NCBI GenBank assembly: GCA_023213395.1 | Contig: CM041465.1 | Location: 100,013,741-100,077,740, forward strand | From: Cycas panzhihuaensis | Taxonomy: Eukaryota; Plantae; Cycadophyta | Length of the DNA stretch: 64,000 nucleotides | Direction: 5' to 3' | Shown: in pieces, positions 39,575 to 54,429 of the stretch | How the letters are laid out: each line of letters opens with the position of its first letter | Position numbering within the stretch: the stretch's first letter is position 1 | Notes under the pieces: generated by a model | Told to the model about the DNA's origin: nothing | Databases searched by the model: none | The model's input: only the letters and a program-made list of their open reading frames with translations | Position numbers and translations under genes: made by a program

Positions 39575-42289
39575 AAGATGCTCAAAAACTTGTAAGATCA
39601 TTATAGAGCTCCTCCACATTTAAGATGTTAATGATATATATTGACTATTATAAGGAAAAATATGGAAAAACTATTAAATAAATGGAAATAACAAAATCAC
39701 AAAATAGGTGGTGGTAAATAAGAAGAGGGCCTAAAAAATGGCAGCTTGTCAACTTCTATTAGAGACCAAATGAGCAATACGAAGCCAATATTCATCTACA
39801 AGATATTAATGCTTAAAGAGGGTGAAACGTACATGAGAAAAGTAAGCCAAAATTAAAGTAGTAAAATAGCATAAAAAGGATAAGATATGCTTACAAAGAT
39901 GAACAAATCAAACCTTGGGACAAGGATGAAATTTTTGAATTTATGGGGGGATTACCCTATTCTAAAGGATGAAGGGATAGTAGTGACAATTAACTCCAAC
40001 CCACAAATGCTCCAACACACCTAACAATTAACCTTGAAGTTAAGAATAAAAGCAAAAGAAGGGAAATAAATAAACTTGGATAATTTGGCAGTAATCCAAT
40101 AGTATAACAACTTAATATAGTCTCCACTTAACCTCCCTTTCAATGGAAAAATAGGAGGGATTTATAGATGAGGGCAAGGGGAAAGGCCCATAGTTTTAAA
40201 CCCATTATTTTGGGAGAAACCATAGGATAAAGCTCATGTTTTTTTAGGAAAAATAATAGGTAGGGGTAATAATTAGCCCATGGTTTCATCAAAACCTATG
40301 GGCCATCTATGGTTTTGATGAGTCCATAAATGAGACCCATATTTAAGTGTCACTATTACATAGCCAATTATGGGCTTAAAAAAAAATTATAAGTGGAAAA
40401 AGTCATACCATAAAGTTTGGATTAGTATCATTAAGAATCATCATGATACTATAAAGCTTTGTTCTTTTTTTACTTTGTTGTGTAAAAATCAATTAAAAAA
40501 AATCATAAAACAATGTGGTATGACATGAAGTAGGGTGAGACAAATAGTATACTTAGTGGGATAAGAGGAAAATAGTGAAAAACATATCAAATCCAGGGAA
40601 AATGAGATCAACAAAGTAAGTTATGAAGGAGGACAACACAAACAAAGTAAGAGAAGGACAAAATGTATCTTATAGAGGTACTAAGTAGTTGTTCTCAACT
40701 CATCAAGCTCAAACAATAATAACACCATCAACCATGGTTAAAATCATCATTAACAAGGTATAATCAAACTCATCCAATAAGTCAATAGGCAAACAAAGGT
40801 ATATACTCCTAAAAATGCTACTATGAGATATACTAATCTATGTTAAATAAAGAGTAAGCATGTACCTTTATATACCTATTATCATGATGTCTATGACATT
40901 CCCAAATTATGGGAAATAAGTTTCTATCATTATTATTTATTCTTTCATATATACCCCTTTATTTGGATCAAAAGTTTCTAGCTAAATTTTTATGTTTTAC
41001 TTGATTACCATCTCTAATGGTTCAAACTATACTAATTATCACCTAAATTCTTTCATGCAACTTTGAATTTAAAATTTTCTCTTAAAAGTACTTATGTGAT
41101 ATCTTGTTTTAAAGATATTTGAACCAAGATCCTAATGGTTTAAATGAAATTAATTTTTGATATGTATAACAAAAGTTATAGAACTTTTAATATAGATCAA
41201 AATTTAAGGTTTTAATAATTGAATTAAACCCACTTCTATCATGAAATAAACTTTAAAAACTTCTATTTAAAAAGGAAATTGAGGTTAATTAGATACTTAT
41301 AATTCTTATCATGGTCATTTAAAATGTGATAACAAATTTTCTACTATATAGATAATAATAAATAGTAGGTTGAGAATGAAACTATCATAACTTTCATAAT
41401 TTTACTCTAAATTTTTTTAATATGACCACTTAAAATTTATAGAATAGATCTAGTCATCTTAAATATATAATCATTTTTTTCTAAATTTTATTATTTACAC
41501 CCCTAAAATCATAAATATTTTATAAACCTTAATTGGAAAAAAGCATGCTTGGATGCCACGTATGGTATACCTACTCCAATATTATATTTATAATAAAAAA
41601 ATATATCAATTATTATTTAGAAAATAAAATAACTAATGATAATAATAAGTGATTATTTCCTCTTAAAGGAAAGGGTTCCTTTAAGGCACAATAATTCCAT
41701 AATGGCTTTAGGCCATTATCCTAATAAGACAAATAATATTCTAAAGATGATTATAAATGATTTAGTCTCCCTTATTTATAGTCATATAGTAGGGCTTACT
41801 TATTCTCTCTTTTAAAACTAACTTCACATATCTATTTAGAGCTGACTTTATATTTATATAATTAGTCTTATAAGAATGGTCACATTAGTCATCCTCTTTT
41901 AGATTATGAGTAAGTAAAAACTATATTAGGGTTTTATACGAGTGGGTCTTATTCCCTAAAAATTAGGGTTTCAATATCCATCATAAAATAGGTAATCTAC
42001 ATGTGCATCTGTTCTTTTTATTTCAATTGATTTCAAGGTTTTATATACATGGCATTAATGTTTTCCTTTTGTTTTGGTAAGGGGTGTATGAGTTAATTAA
42101 CCAATAATCATAAATAACCATTAATAACATAATAAAATTATCCAATTAAGCCTTATTTATCATGAAAAGATCCTCTAATACCTTTAAATAACCTTTGAAT
42201 TTTTTTTCCACTTTAATTATTAGATCTCATCTTTTCTTTTTTTCTTATCAAATTTTGCTTGATTTCATTAATTTTATCAATATTTAACT

Positions 42290-42550
42290 GGCCCCATTAT
42301 GAGTTCCACCCTATTATGAAATTTAGAGCTAGATATGATGCACCCTTATAAAATTATAATGATGTATCATGTCCCATTTTGAATCTTTTATAATTAGGTA
42401 TTACATTCCATTGTTAAATTCATAGTTAAATGTGATGTCTAGCTCTAAAATTGATAATGAGACATGATGTCCCATTCTAATTTATAACATGATATTAAGT
42501 CACATTCTAAAAATTAAACTGGAGCTTAACACCCCATTATAGAATTTGAG
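42290..42550. repeat. Degenerate ~30-bp minisatellite (gatgtcccattNtaaaatt...)
   Basis: Recurrent atgtcccatt/cccattat...aaatt units at roughly 30-bp spacing. Confidence 0.5.
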
Positions 42551-45479
42551 TGGCCAATCTTCTCATATTTATTGAATTTTTTCTACCTTTATTCTACCAA
42601 AATTTATAATAAAGTGTATGGAAGTGGACAAGGAGCTAATGCTACATTCCCCTCCCCACCCTCCTCCATTGGGTCAAAAATTATGTTGTTTTTCCCATTA
42701 CTTGGAGTGAAAGTTTGAACCTCCTTACCCATTATAATTTCATTAAATTACCTTCACCAACCTATCACTAAGTTCTTTTCAAAACTAAGGTCCAATACCA
42801 TGGTTTTCTACCTATGCTTTTGACAAACTTATGGGTCTCAATTTCTCCCTTTTAACTCTATATATCATCCCTTATTTTATTAGAATGTCATAAGAGCTTT
42901 ATTACAACAAAGTGCCATTAAATTATTTTTAGATTTTCTCTATTTAATTTAGCCTTTGATTTCATGCTTAATAGATCCCTCTTAAAGTGAGAAGATGCCA
43001 TGGAGTGATGAGGAAGATTGAAGGATTAGAGTTTCAAGACATTGCTTGATGGTTAAACATATTTTATAATCATCTCACTTAGGATACACACTCACAACTA
43101 TTTATTTTATCACATATGAGGTGTTAATACACTATATCTAAGGCTCTCATTGTCTTTAAGCTTGCATGAAAGTATAAGTTTAGTTAGATTTCCTTAATTT
43201 ATTTCTAAATTTCATAGATATATTATCTTACATTGTAATTAATATTGTAGGTGAAGGAATGTGCCCAGGGTCTATATATTATTATAGGCTATGGAGGAGT
43301 AATAATACTTGGAACTTTCTTTCTCCTCATCATTGGTTGAAATTGCCTATTAAGTAGGGGAGATGTTGTATGATTTTTCCTTAATTAGTAAATTTGCTTA
43401 ATAATTTTAAATTACTTTTTAAACTTATATTTAGATAATTTGATATTTTTATAATAATTTTTTTTTCATCATAATATTATCTAGGAAGTATAATAACTAT
43501 CAGATTTTACCTAAGCTTAACTAATAACTAAACATATAATCTTGCTTTTTGTTTGGATTTATTTTAGCAAAATTAAGAGTGAGGAGAAAAATACATTAGA
43601 AAAGAAAAAAATAAATTGAGGCTAGGAAGTGTTCTAAAAAGTACTCCTTCTTCCTCCTTTTCCCTTCTATTTTTTTTCTCTAAAGTTCACATAAATTAAA
43701 AAGGGTTTAAAGATATTTCTTTTGTTTTTATTAAAGAAAAAAAGAAGAAAAAGAAAGAAAAATGATATTTCCCCCATCTCTCTCTCTCTCTCTCATGGTT
43801 TTAAAATATGAAAAGGCAGGGTGGATTGCTTCCTTTCTTGTGCCTATTTACTTGTTTACTTACTCTCTCATTTTCATTTTTATTTTAGGTTTTAATTATA
43901 TAATAAAAAGAGAAATGGATTAAAAAATAGTGTTCCCTTTTGGGTCTTGCTTCATAGCATGATCTTTGTGGATTGGTAGATTTTTCACTTATTGCAAGTC
44001 CTTAAACTCATAGAGCCACAGATCTATGAATTTAGAGTAGGTTAACATGTTGTTTGTATTTAATAAAATAGGTATATAGTTATATTAGGGTTTTCTCTAT
44101 ACTTTTATAAACTTATTTAGGGTAGGATTTTTACATGTCTTAGAGGAGGGGTTACTTAGGACTCTAACTAGGTTTTATCACTAGTGGAGTAGGAGTTGGT
44201 CTTTACCATATTCTATATAGTCTAGTACTACTTGATTAGAATAAGTACATGTAGTTGGGATAATTGATTAGATAGCATTTATCCTATTAAGAGAAGTTTC
44301 CTCTTTTTTTCCTTCACCTTTAAGAGATAAAAACTTATTGGAATTGGATTTGGGAGTCCCCAACCTTTTACACTTATGTGTGGATTATTATTAGGAAAGA
44401 GAGTCCCTACTAATAGACCTACAAACATGTCCTTAGCATAGTGTCCAATTCCTTTCTCATTTATTCTTCTATTAACCCTCCTTTATTCTTTAGATTAAAT
44501 CAATTTATAGTGGCATTGAGAGGGTGTGGTAGATAGATGTTAGTCTTCCTTAGGTGGTGATAACTCTTATGATAGGTTTGTAGGGACTCATCATCACTTA
44601 GGGTATTCATGTCTTAATGGTCCTCCTAGTTTCTAAGATATTTCTTATGTGTTATTTACTATTTTTAAGGAAGTTTTATTTTGTTAGTTTTTCTTCTTTC
44701 GTTTATGTTATAGTTACTTTCTTATTTGTTTACTTAGTTTAGAAACATTATTATTTATATGTATAACTTAACGTAGTCTTCTTTCCCTTCTTTTTCTTAA
44801 TATTTGTATACATTCTCTTTTATTAATCTTGTTTTATCCTTTATCCCTATAATCACATCCATGTTGGAACACAAGCATCTATAATAAGAACTAATTTACT
44901 TCTCTCTTAAAACTAAATCTCCTTCCCCATGTTTAAAGTTGCATTGAGTGAGACACACTACCCATTCATGGGTTATATCTCTCATAACCATACTAGGGAC
45001 TTGCCAATAAGATTCAGTGATCCTTCATTAACTCTCTTTTTCCTACTTTATCATAGGTACTAACCTTATGGTAGCCCACTTGGATATTATAGGAACCATG
45101 AGTATTACTTTCTTATTTATGCCAAGTTAATGTGTGAGTATGCATCTTAGTTTAAATCTTTTAGTCCTCTTTAATCCTTAGAAGTCATATGTTATATGCT
45201 CTATTTCTCTCAAAGGCTATGAGGTCCTCCTCCCCTTTATCCCTTCTAATTTACTTCACCTAGCTCTTAGTCCATTTAGCTCAGTACTATGGCAAAGCAA
45301 TGACCTTCATGCTAGGTTACTAAAATATCCTCACTTAAGTTACAAATCAACCATTATCCATTGATCCATGTTATTCATTACTTAAATTATTCCTTATGTT
45401 TAGTCCAATTTGCCCAATGTATATCTAGTCTATTTATTCATAAGACTAGTAAAATGAAAGTGTAAAAACTCTTGGGTAG

Positions 45480-45580
45480 ATTAAAACCAATTAGAGGGTA
45501 TAATGAATCTTAGGTCCCTATAAAATTGTGAAGAAAATTAATGATAATACTTATGAGATGAATTTACTTCATAATATTAA
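45480..45580 (+). pseudogene. Gypsy integrase C-terminal GPY/F fragment
   Basis: Translates LGPYKIVKKINDNTYEMNL. Confidence 0.55.
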
Positions 45581-46699
45581 TAAGGCTTTTAGATGGAGAG
45601 TTAGATGTTTGAATGGTCCCCTTTATCTAACACTCTTAGCTAAAGAACAAATCTTGAAATGCTTCATCATGACCAAACATTCCATTTATAGGGTATATTT
45701 TTATCTAATGTGTGAAAAACTAAACTATTTATCTACTTAGATAAAGGTATCCTACTATATTCACTACATAACTCTAACAACATAACAAGTAAATGTCTTG
45801 ATCAACTGGGATTTAACTAGTAAGCAAAGACTTTTAGTAAAGTGATATTCTAGATTCAATAAAAATAAATAAAATAAAAGATATTAGCACAATGAGAAAC
45901 TCATTTATGATTGCAATACCTAGAGTAAATAATATAATACAACTAACATAGCTTAAGTACACTAATATAAATCTTAATAAAGAGTTTAAAGGAAAGCATG
46001 AGAAAAAATCCACACACACCAAACATTGAGTACTAAACATTTCTCTAAATCTCAAAAGGGAATAGATCATTCGCTAGCAAACCATTAGATAAAGATCATA
46101 ATGGATGGAAGCTAAATAATAATGTTTTATTGATCTCTAAAGAGTGAAATTATAATAATAGTGTGATTCAAATGATTTATTAGTTTGATTACAATGATCA
46201 TTAAGAGAAAAGAGCTTCCCAAAAGAATCTCTTAATACAAACTAAAGAAAATCAAGAAATCTTCTATTCAAGAAAGTCTTCAATAACAAGACTTCAAACT
46301 TGCTAATGAATTGACTAAATTTGAAGAGTTAGACCTTGTCCATAGGCACATATAACCTATTGAGTGAGAGGCTAGACAAATCAAAAGATGGTCAAAAACA
46401 TTAAAAAGATATGGATCAAATCAAGATAAAATACATAAAAGGATGAAAACATATAATCAAGGAAAGAACACAAAAATAAAAATAAGAAATAAACACATGG
46501 AATACACACTACGTATTAATGGGATTTGTGATATCTAGAAAAGAATTCCAATGAGTTGAACTCTATTATTTTTTACCCTTCTCCTCATCCTTTATATGTT
46601 TCTTTTATCAAATCACTGTTAGAGGGAAAATCTATAGAATTAGTGTTGAAACTATGATAATTTGGAAAATCAATTAGCCATCACTTTCATTCTACCCAC

Positions 46700-49600
46700 C
46701 TTTCTAAATCTAAATTTTTCTAGCAATAAGAATGGAGACTCATCATCCACCAGAAGATAGGTATCCAAATTATTTCTCCATATCAATAATCACTTACATG
46801 ACCACTACTAACACCATCTTAAATAATCAAGAATCTATGAAAAATCTTAATGAATAATTGTCCTCTATTCCTAAGGAGGTAGAGTTGATGAAGTTGCACC
46901 CATCTTTGTTACCATCTCTTTATCTAAAATTTAGATTAGTTGGAGGTTATACATTTAAATCATCCCTCCCAACTTATAGACCTATTCCCCCATGGGTACT
47001 AATCTTTGATCTTATTTATTTAGTAAATACTTCAAACTACTTGGTTGATTATCCTAGTTAATGTTGTATTTTCTTATCCCTCTAATTGGTCAAGTTAGTC
47101 AAAACTAAATAAATTATTGCCTTTCCAATTTCATCTTATTATAAACCAAGTTATAAAAGGTTTTTCTATTAACCATGTCCTCATATCCTAAAATATTAGG
47201 ATCAAAACTAGAAGCAACAAATGAAATATTAGATAGAAAAAGGTCTAATATTTCATCTTCTTCCTTAGCATCTTGTACCACTTTTTTACTTTTCTCTAAC
47301 TCCTCATTCAAAATGTGTTATCATTTGTGAGTAAATGTTTTATATCCTAGTCTTATTCTAGAGTTATCATTAGTCAATTATTTTCTAAATTTAGAAAATT
47401 CACCATCCTCCCATAGCTCATTTTGAAACATTGAGAGTATACTGGCTACTACCTCACTAAAAATTTTAATCCTTTTCTCTAAGTCTCTTACTCTACTAAT
47501 AAGCTTTCAAAGAATAGGTACATGGTGCTCCTCTTCTTTGGACAATTTATCTACTAATCTTGTTTTGGATTATAGACTCTTAGCTACTGCTCTAATATAT
47601 TTCATCACTTGTTTAATTTTGTGTGTAAGCCCCTCTTGAAGTGAGTCAATTAACATATTATTGCTCCATGCCTTACGGAGCTACTTGATTTGGCTATTCA
47701 TGCTTAAGTTTTTTGCCCATAATGCTCCATTCTTTTATATTACTTATTGTAACTAAGCTTATATTAGAAACTTTAACTTTGACCAGTTGCCCTATGACCA
47801 ATTATAAATCCATGGACTCTATTATTGTATCATTTTTAGTTGGTTATGATCTTATTTCAACCTTCATCTTTCCTTTCACAAGTACTCTCTTAGGAATTTT
47901 ATCCTCTTAGTACTATTAGTAGAAGCTTTCTTTAGTAGTTGTATGAAAGGATGGAGGTTGTATGGAAGTTAATGTGAGTTATCTCTTCTTCACCTACTTA
48001 TCAACCCATGAATCAAGTTATATTTTATTATCTTATCCTCCATTCTAGCTAGGATTTGCTGATGAATCCTTATCCTCCTCTTCTGTTTAGATACTTGGGA
48101 TCTCCTACATCTCAATTTCTCTAGCATATCTTTCTTTTGTTGATGAGTAATAAGCTCTTACTCCTAATATGATTGATAGATAACCTCTTCAACCAAATGG
48201 GACTTTAGAATTTTTAATTTGTCTATTCTCTCTCTTAATTTCACCTTTTAAGGTGTTAATTAAGGTGATGGGTATTAGCCCAATAGTCATAATTATTTCC
48301 TTTACTACTTTTTTTAGTTAGTTTTTTTATTATTTTCTTTCCTTTTATGTTACCTTTGATGCTTGTACACTTTTAAAGAATTTAATCTATTGGTAGGAAC
48401 TTGGCCTCGATCCCTCAAAATACCCAACCTTTAGTAAGACCTTTAATGTCTTTATTACATCCATAGGAACCTTTGTTAATGGAACCTTTAAGGAAGGCTA
48501 TTCTAGTGGTGCCTTCATCCTTGTTGGAGAGTTTTGATGTTGTTTTTAGGTAGAAGGGGCCTATGTTTGGAGAGGATTGGAAGAAGGTGGTGGCTTAAAG
48601 CTCATATCCTTTTCCATTTATACCAATCTCTCCTCCTCTAATGTATTAAGTTAAACTATTATTCAGTGAGGAATTACTTTAGTAGAAGTTGTTAATGTTG
48701 GTTGTCTAGGCTTACTTTTCATAGTATCTATAGGTTGCTCCTTTTTCTAAATCTATTTCCTCTTATTAGTGGTTTGTAGTATACCTTTGAGTAGGTCACC
48801 CTCACCTTGTTGTTCCTCCTATTCTTCTCCTTTTTCTTCCTCTTCTCATCTAAATTTAGCCATTATTTTAGTTATTTTAAGTATATTACCATCTTCCTAA
48901 CCCATATGAAGAATATTAGCTTTTACCTTTATATGAACTAATCATCTTATTGATTCCTATGTCTCTCTAGAATATTGAGTTCCTATTAAGCTAATTTCCC
49001 TTTTATGTATCTCACATACTAATCCATTATCTTATCTAGGTCATAGTACCTAGGTGTATCTTCTTCAAATTATAATCACTAAAACTTAGTGGCTTTCCTA
49101 CCTTTCCTATTTTGTTATATTATAAGACTTCCTAGTGTCCCATATAAATCAAGTAGGGCTAATAAGGTGTCATTTTAAGCTTAAGGTATAGCCTATCTCT
49201 AATTAATGATAATTACCTATAAAACTCCATAAAAAATAATCTAATGGGAGGATACCTAGGAAAATATTAAGTTAACCCATCATTTCTATGCAATCAAACT
49301 TAGGTATAATCTTTGAATAAATAAAAGTCTTTATTTATCCTATCTCCCCTTTTCAACCATTTTTTTGCATCTTTATCTATCCTAGGTACTGGGGGAACAT
49401 ATAGGAAAATGGGTATATGAAGTTATTAACTAAAAAAAAAAGGAACAGATGGGATTTCTAGTCCCATGCCTTAGTGTACTGGTATTGAACTAGTAACTTG
49501 CCTACTTAAGGGTCTATTTAAAACTAAGGAATCTCAATATGCCTAATATTGTATACATTATATATGAACTCATTAAAAAATTGTCACTAAAAGGGAAACC

Positions 49601-50050
49601 TTTTAACTACTACACCAAACTATCACTAATATTTTTTTCCTAATCAAGAAAAAACTCTTCCTTGAGGCATTGTGTAATAATATATCCATAAAGAAGCTTG
49701 AGATGAGTGTCATCTAGTTAGCCAAAATTTTAAGATATAATAGTTATCTATAGATTGATATAATCTTTGAACAACTCTACCTTAAATCCTTCCCTCCTTT
49801 GGCTCCTTTTAAGAGGCTCTAATTTCCATCTTGTCATTTCTTTGGCTAGCTCATTATCTTTAGTGATCACTTCCTTGAATTATTATTAGATGAAGGATAC
49901 CTAATGCTTTAGTGATATGAACATCTTCTCAAATTATAAGGGTGCAAATTAACTATTAATTTTTTGTTCATGTTGAGAATGAGATTGCCATTCCCCTTTA
50001 AGCATTGGGTGATCATAACTACTAATTTCAGGTAACATCTTAGGCACTAA
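46700..50050 (-). pseudogene. E4 extra ORF of unknown function, in sense orientation 3' of pol
   Basis: Minus strand 49670-49545 reads CLKEEFFLD*EKNISDSLV**LKGFPFSDNFLMSSYIMY; downstream charged, coiled-coil-like remnants (ORF 47114-47311). Confidence 0.5.
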
Positions 50051-53000
50051 TTTAGTTTGAGCCATCCTAGTCTTCTATAATATACCCTTAGCCTATCTAT
50101 TTATGTCACATAATCTTCTATTTGAGACCTTCATGCTCACTTTGGTGTTATCGATGATCAACATATTAAATCTCTTTTATTTGGAACCTGCTAAATTGAT
50201 CAAATTCCTTCTCTTTAGATCTCTCTTCTTTAAATTATTAACATCTCAATCTTAACACCACTTATTTTTTTTAATTACACCCTCTTGACTTTAGTCTATT
50301 TGACACTAAAATAATGAAGAGATGGGAAGGAATAGGTTCATACACCTATTCCATTCTATCTTAGTGATGTAATATACTTCAAGTTATCATCTTATTCATC
50401 ACTTATTAACCGATTTGATGGATGTCAATGATTAAATAGCCCCCATTACATTATTAAAATAATCTACTAAGATGAAATCCAAAGATCAACAACTATAATT
50501 AAACAGCACACTTGATTGAGGACCTAGATTAAATCTCATTTGTCCTTATATTTATATGCTAGAATTTCATTTTATGAGAATTTAATTTTACAAGTGTTAT
50601 ATCTCTTTTATTGTGTCTTTAAATAGTGAAATAAAAGTCTACACTCATATTACCTATAAAATTCTTATTTTGCACCTATCTCTTAAGTGAGATGCCTTTC
50701 GTATGGGAGACTTTATGTAGGACCCTCTTCCCTTTTTATCCTTTTTTTAACATTATTAATTATAAATCCTCCCTACAAACTTCTTTTCCTATGAGATCAC
50801 TTCACACATATTTTTTCTTCTACTTAGTTTCTTCTATTTCAAGTAGTTTATAATGGGAAAAATGGTTCTTTGCTAGTTGTTATCCCTACAAGACTTTATC
50901 CCACAAAACTTCTCTCTTTTTAGAAATACTTCTAAATATGATCCTTTCACAAGAGATTCCATTCATAGGGAAGTTATACTATGGGAACTTCATCCAAAGG
51001 CCTTCCTCTTCAGTCTTTCTCTCTTTTAAGTAAAGCATCCTATAGCATCCTACACTCACACACACCTAGTTTAAGAATTTAAATCAAATCCTTCAAAGAC
51101 TTAGTATTATAATTATTCTCATTTATCTTTCTCCCTCCTTCATACTAAAAACTTATCATTATATATCCCCTTATAGTTTTTCTTATATTGCTTAAACTAT
51201 TATTACTAATATAAAACTTAAAATCTTCATATTAATACCCTAAGGAGGCAACATTGACCTCCTTACTTCATATTATCCCCTATTGAATGGTTTGAAGTAA
51301 CTCCTTATTCTAACTTAGTCTAAAGCATATAAACCATAAATATCCTAACTATAAAAAAATAAAACCATATACAATATTTACAAGCTATGATAAATCTTTT
51401 AATGATTATTTTAATTAAAAGAAAGGTTTAAGAAATCTTCCATTCATAAGAATGACCAACTTTTCTCCTTTATCATCCTTTAATATGAAGGAACCATTCC
51501 CAAAAATTTCAAAGATAGTATAGGTCCAATCTATAATGAATCAAACTTCTTGGGTATCCTTGGCTTTTCCCTTACTCAAACCTATATCAGCACTTTATCC
51601 CCTAGGTTTAAATACCTATCATCATCATATCTTTTATTAAAATATTTTTACACTTTAGTTGATATACCTATAACTAATCTTTTGAATGTTCTCATTTATC
51701 TTATAAGGCCAACAACTTCATAATCCTTCCATTTATACCATCCTTCTCTACTTACTTAAAATTTACAAGTATCAATGCACTTAGGACTAGATGTGAAGGA
51801 AGAATTACTTCTTTCCATATACCAAAAGAAATGGAGAATATCCTAAGGCTTCCTTAGTGGTGGTCTTATCTACCTAAAAATCCTAGTAAACATTAGTGTG
51901 CTAGCCTTGCTGGTTCTACCTAATTATTCTCTTCAAAATTTTGATGATATTTTTATTTGTTGGTCCTACAAATCCATTTTGTTATAGGTAGTAGTTAAAG
52001 AAAGTACTCAAATAGATACCATTTTTGTTATAGAAACTAATCATATCAGTATATGTAAAAGCCACTTCATTATCCAATATAAAAAAAGGAGATAACCCAA
52101 ACCATTGTATTATTATTTCTTATAAGAAATTAATCACCACCCTAGAAATAACTTACTTAATAACAATTATCTTAGCCCATCTTATAAGATAGTCAATTGT
52201 AGTAAGGATAAACATATGACCCTTACTTAAGGATGGGTTTATGGGACCCATGAACTCTAAGCCCCACTTCACAAATGGTTGATCAATACATATTGCTTTT
52301 GAATTCATTATATACAGCTTCCACTTACCCACAACCCTTTAATAGGCCTTATAATTTCTTATTTACTAATTTGTGGCCTTAGATATTATAGGCCAAAAGA
52401 AACTAGCCCTTGTGATCTTATAAGCTAATGTCTTTATTGAGAAGTGACCCCCACAGATTCCATAATGGAACTCTTCAATCACTTCTTACACTTCATTTAA
52501 AGTTAGGCATTTCAAAAGCACTCCACCATAGTTTCTTTTACATAATTATCTTCAAATAAATACATAAGGAGTTAATCTCATCTTAAGTGACCTTTCACCT
52601 CTCTTATTTAAGTGATCACAACACTTATTACTTTATAAATAATACTTAACATCTCTAAGGAATGTCTAGAATTCAAGAGTTATCTCCTCATTTATCCTAT
52701 TAACTAAAGACATCTCAATTTATTCTTCTTATTTTTTAGCTTCAACTAATCATTATAATTCTAACTTTGTAATTAGTTTATATAAATCTTGGCCCTTCAT
52801 TACCTTAATAAGCTAAATTTTAAGATTAAATTCCTAAATCTTTTCTACCAATTTTACCCACCTCTCTAAAATATCCATCTCCATAAGTATAGTTTTGACT
52901 AGAGTTAATGGAGCATAGATCACTACAATAAAATGTTTGAAATCTTAACATATTTTATTAGAGCATTATCCTACTTCTCTAGTTTAGTGTATTTGAGTTG

Positions 53001-53096
53001 GTATTTTTTCAAACTCTTACCAGAAAAGTCTATGGGCCTCTCCTTCCCTTCTTCATCTTTTTAAAGCAACATTACTATATGAGACCCTTTCCGTGC

Positions 53097-53218
53097 ATAT
53101 GTGTGTGTGTGTATGTGTGTGTGTGTATGTATGTATGTATGTATGTATATATGTACATATGTGTGTATATGTGTGTGTATGTGCATGTGTATATGTGTGT
53201 GTGTGTATGTGTGTGTAT
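53097..53218. repeat. (GT)n/(GTAT)n compound microsatellite inside the E4 RNase H coding region
   Basis: Seen directly; RH-like sequence is present on both sides. Confidence 0.92.
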
Positions 53219-54429
53219 AATAAAATGTTGGCCAAAGTTAGGAGCTGCAAGCATTGGGGCCTAGGTTATGATATACTTGATTTCATAAAATGATTTATGA
53301 GTTGATTGATCCCACTTGAAAAGTATATCCTACCTTAATAACTTTTCAGCAGGTAATGTAACCTTGGGAAAATCTTGTATAAATCTTTTAAGATTGGTAA
53401 ATAATAATATTATACTACTTATAGCTTGGTAAGTTAACCATAGCAGTCAACCATTAATTAAACTTAATAACTAGTTTAGCATTTGAACATTTAGTGGAAG
53501 ATATTAAAAGGTATTTAGTGGGAGATATTAAAATGTGGGAAAATATTTAAATAGGTTCATATTTCTTATATAAATTCTCCCTTTATATGTTTGAAAATCA
53601 ATTAAATCCTCCAATGAGAGATGTTTATCAGTAACTTCTTAGTGCTGATAATATCTCCTTCATTGTACCTATATTGATTATTACTTAAAGTCATATGTGA
53701 AGGTAATAATAGATGCTCCATCTATTACAAGTGGCATTAAATTTATATATGGGATAATTCCACTTCATACCAAGCCCTTTCATTTAGGTATTCTATCTTT
53801 GTAATCCATTTTAACCACTATATAATACACTTCTTATGATTTATTACACCATCATTTTCATAGAATTTTATACTAGTTAGTGGCCCAATAACCACATCAA
53901 CTAGCATCCCTTATATATAATCATATGTTCAGGTAATAAAGTATTTCTCCAAATGGCTTCTATAATTTTATAAAACCCCTTTTAATGCATTTAAATTGTA
54001 ATATGCCAAAATTCTCCATTATTCATTAAATAATAATGGTAATTACAAATGTTATATAGTAATAATCTCATACATTACACATTAGCCTTTAAGCCATTTT
54101 ATTCTCAACTTTATAAGTCATTACTCTCTAGTTATTATCACCATTCATCTCATTATTTTCTCTAACCCTTCAAATTAGAGTATCTTTTAATCTTAGTACA
54201 AGGAACCTCTCGTAGCTTTAGAAATTTGAACTAGTGTTATAAGGCTACATTCATTGATTACTTAAGGTGATCAAGAATGGCCAATAGAGATGATGTTATT
54301 AAGGATATTTCTACCTACCTTGATACCATTAAGCAATGGATGAAGTAGATGGAACCAAATCAAGAATTATCTAACTCTTAGAATAGTAATAGTAATACTA
54401 ATAATTAGGGAATGATTTAATACAAAAAG

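Larger units (their letters stand above)
46550..53400 (-). mobile_element. Decayed minus-strand Tat-type gypsy element E4 (end of RT, RH, INT, downstream sense extra ORF); LTRs not defined
   Basis: [20 protein letters not shown] (~53320-53235); KVMKGQDLYKL; HYGICGGHFSIKTLAYKITRASFFWP (~52470-52390); PFVKWGLEFMGPI; ends MNGRFLKPFF* at ~51415. Confidence 0.82.

Noticed and set aside
43353-45400. AGTAGGGGAGA-TGTTGT as PPT plus the start of another LTR
   Set aside because: No partner LTR, clear CA end or linked coding region identified.
53650-54050. Minus-strand DAS*CGIG RNase H-like scrap
   Set aside because: A single short motif, insufficient for a feature call.
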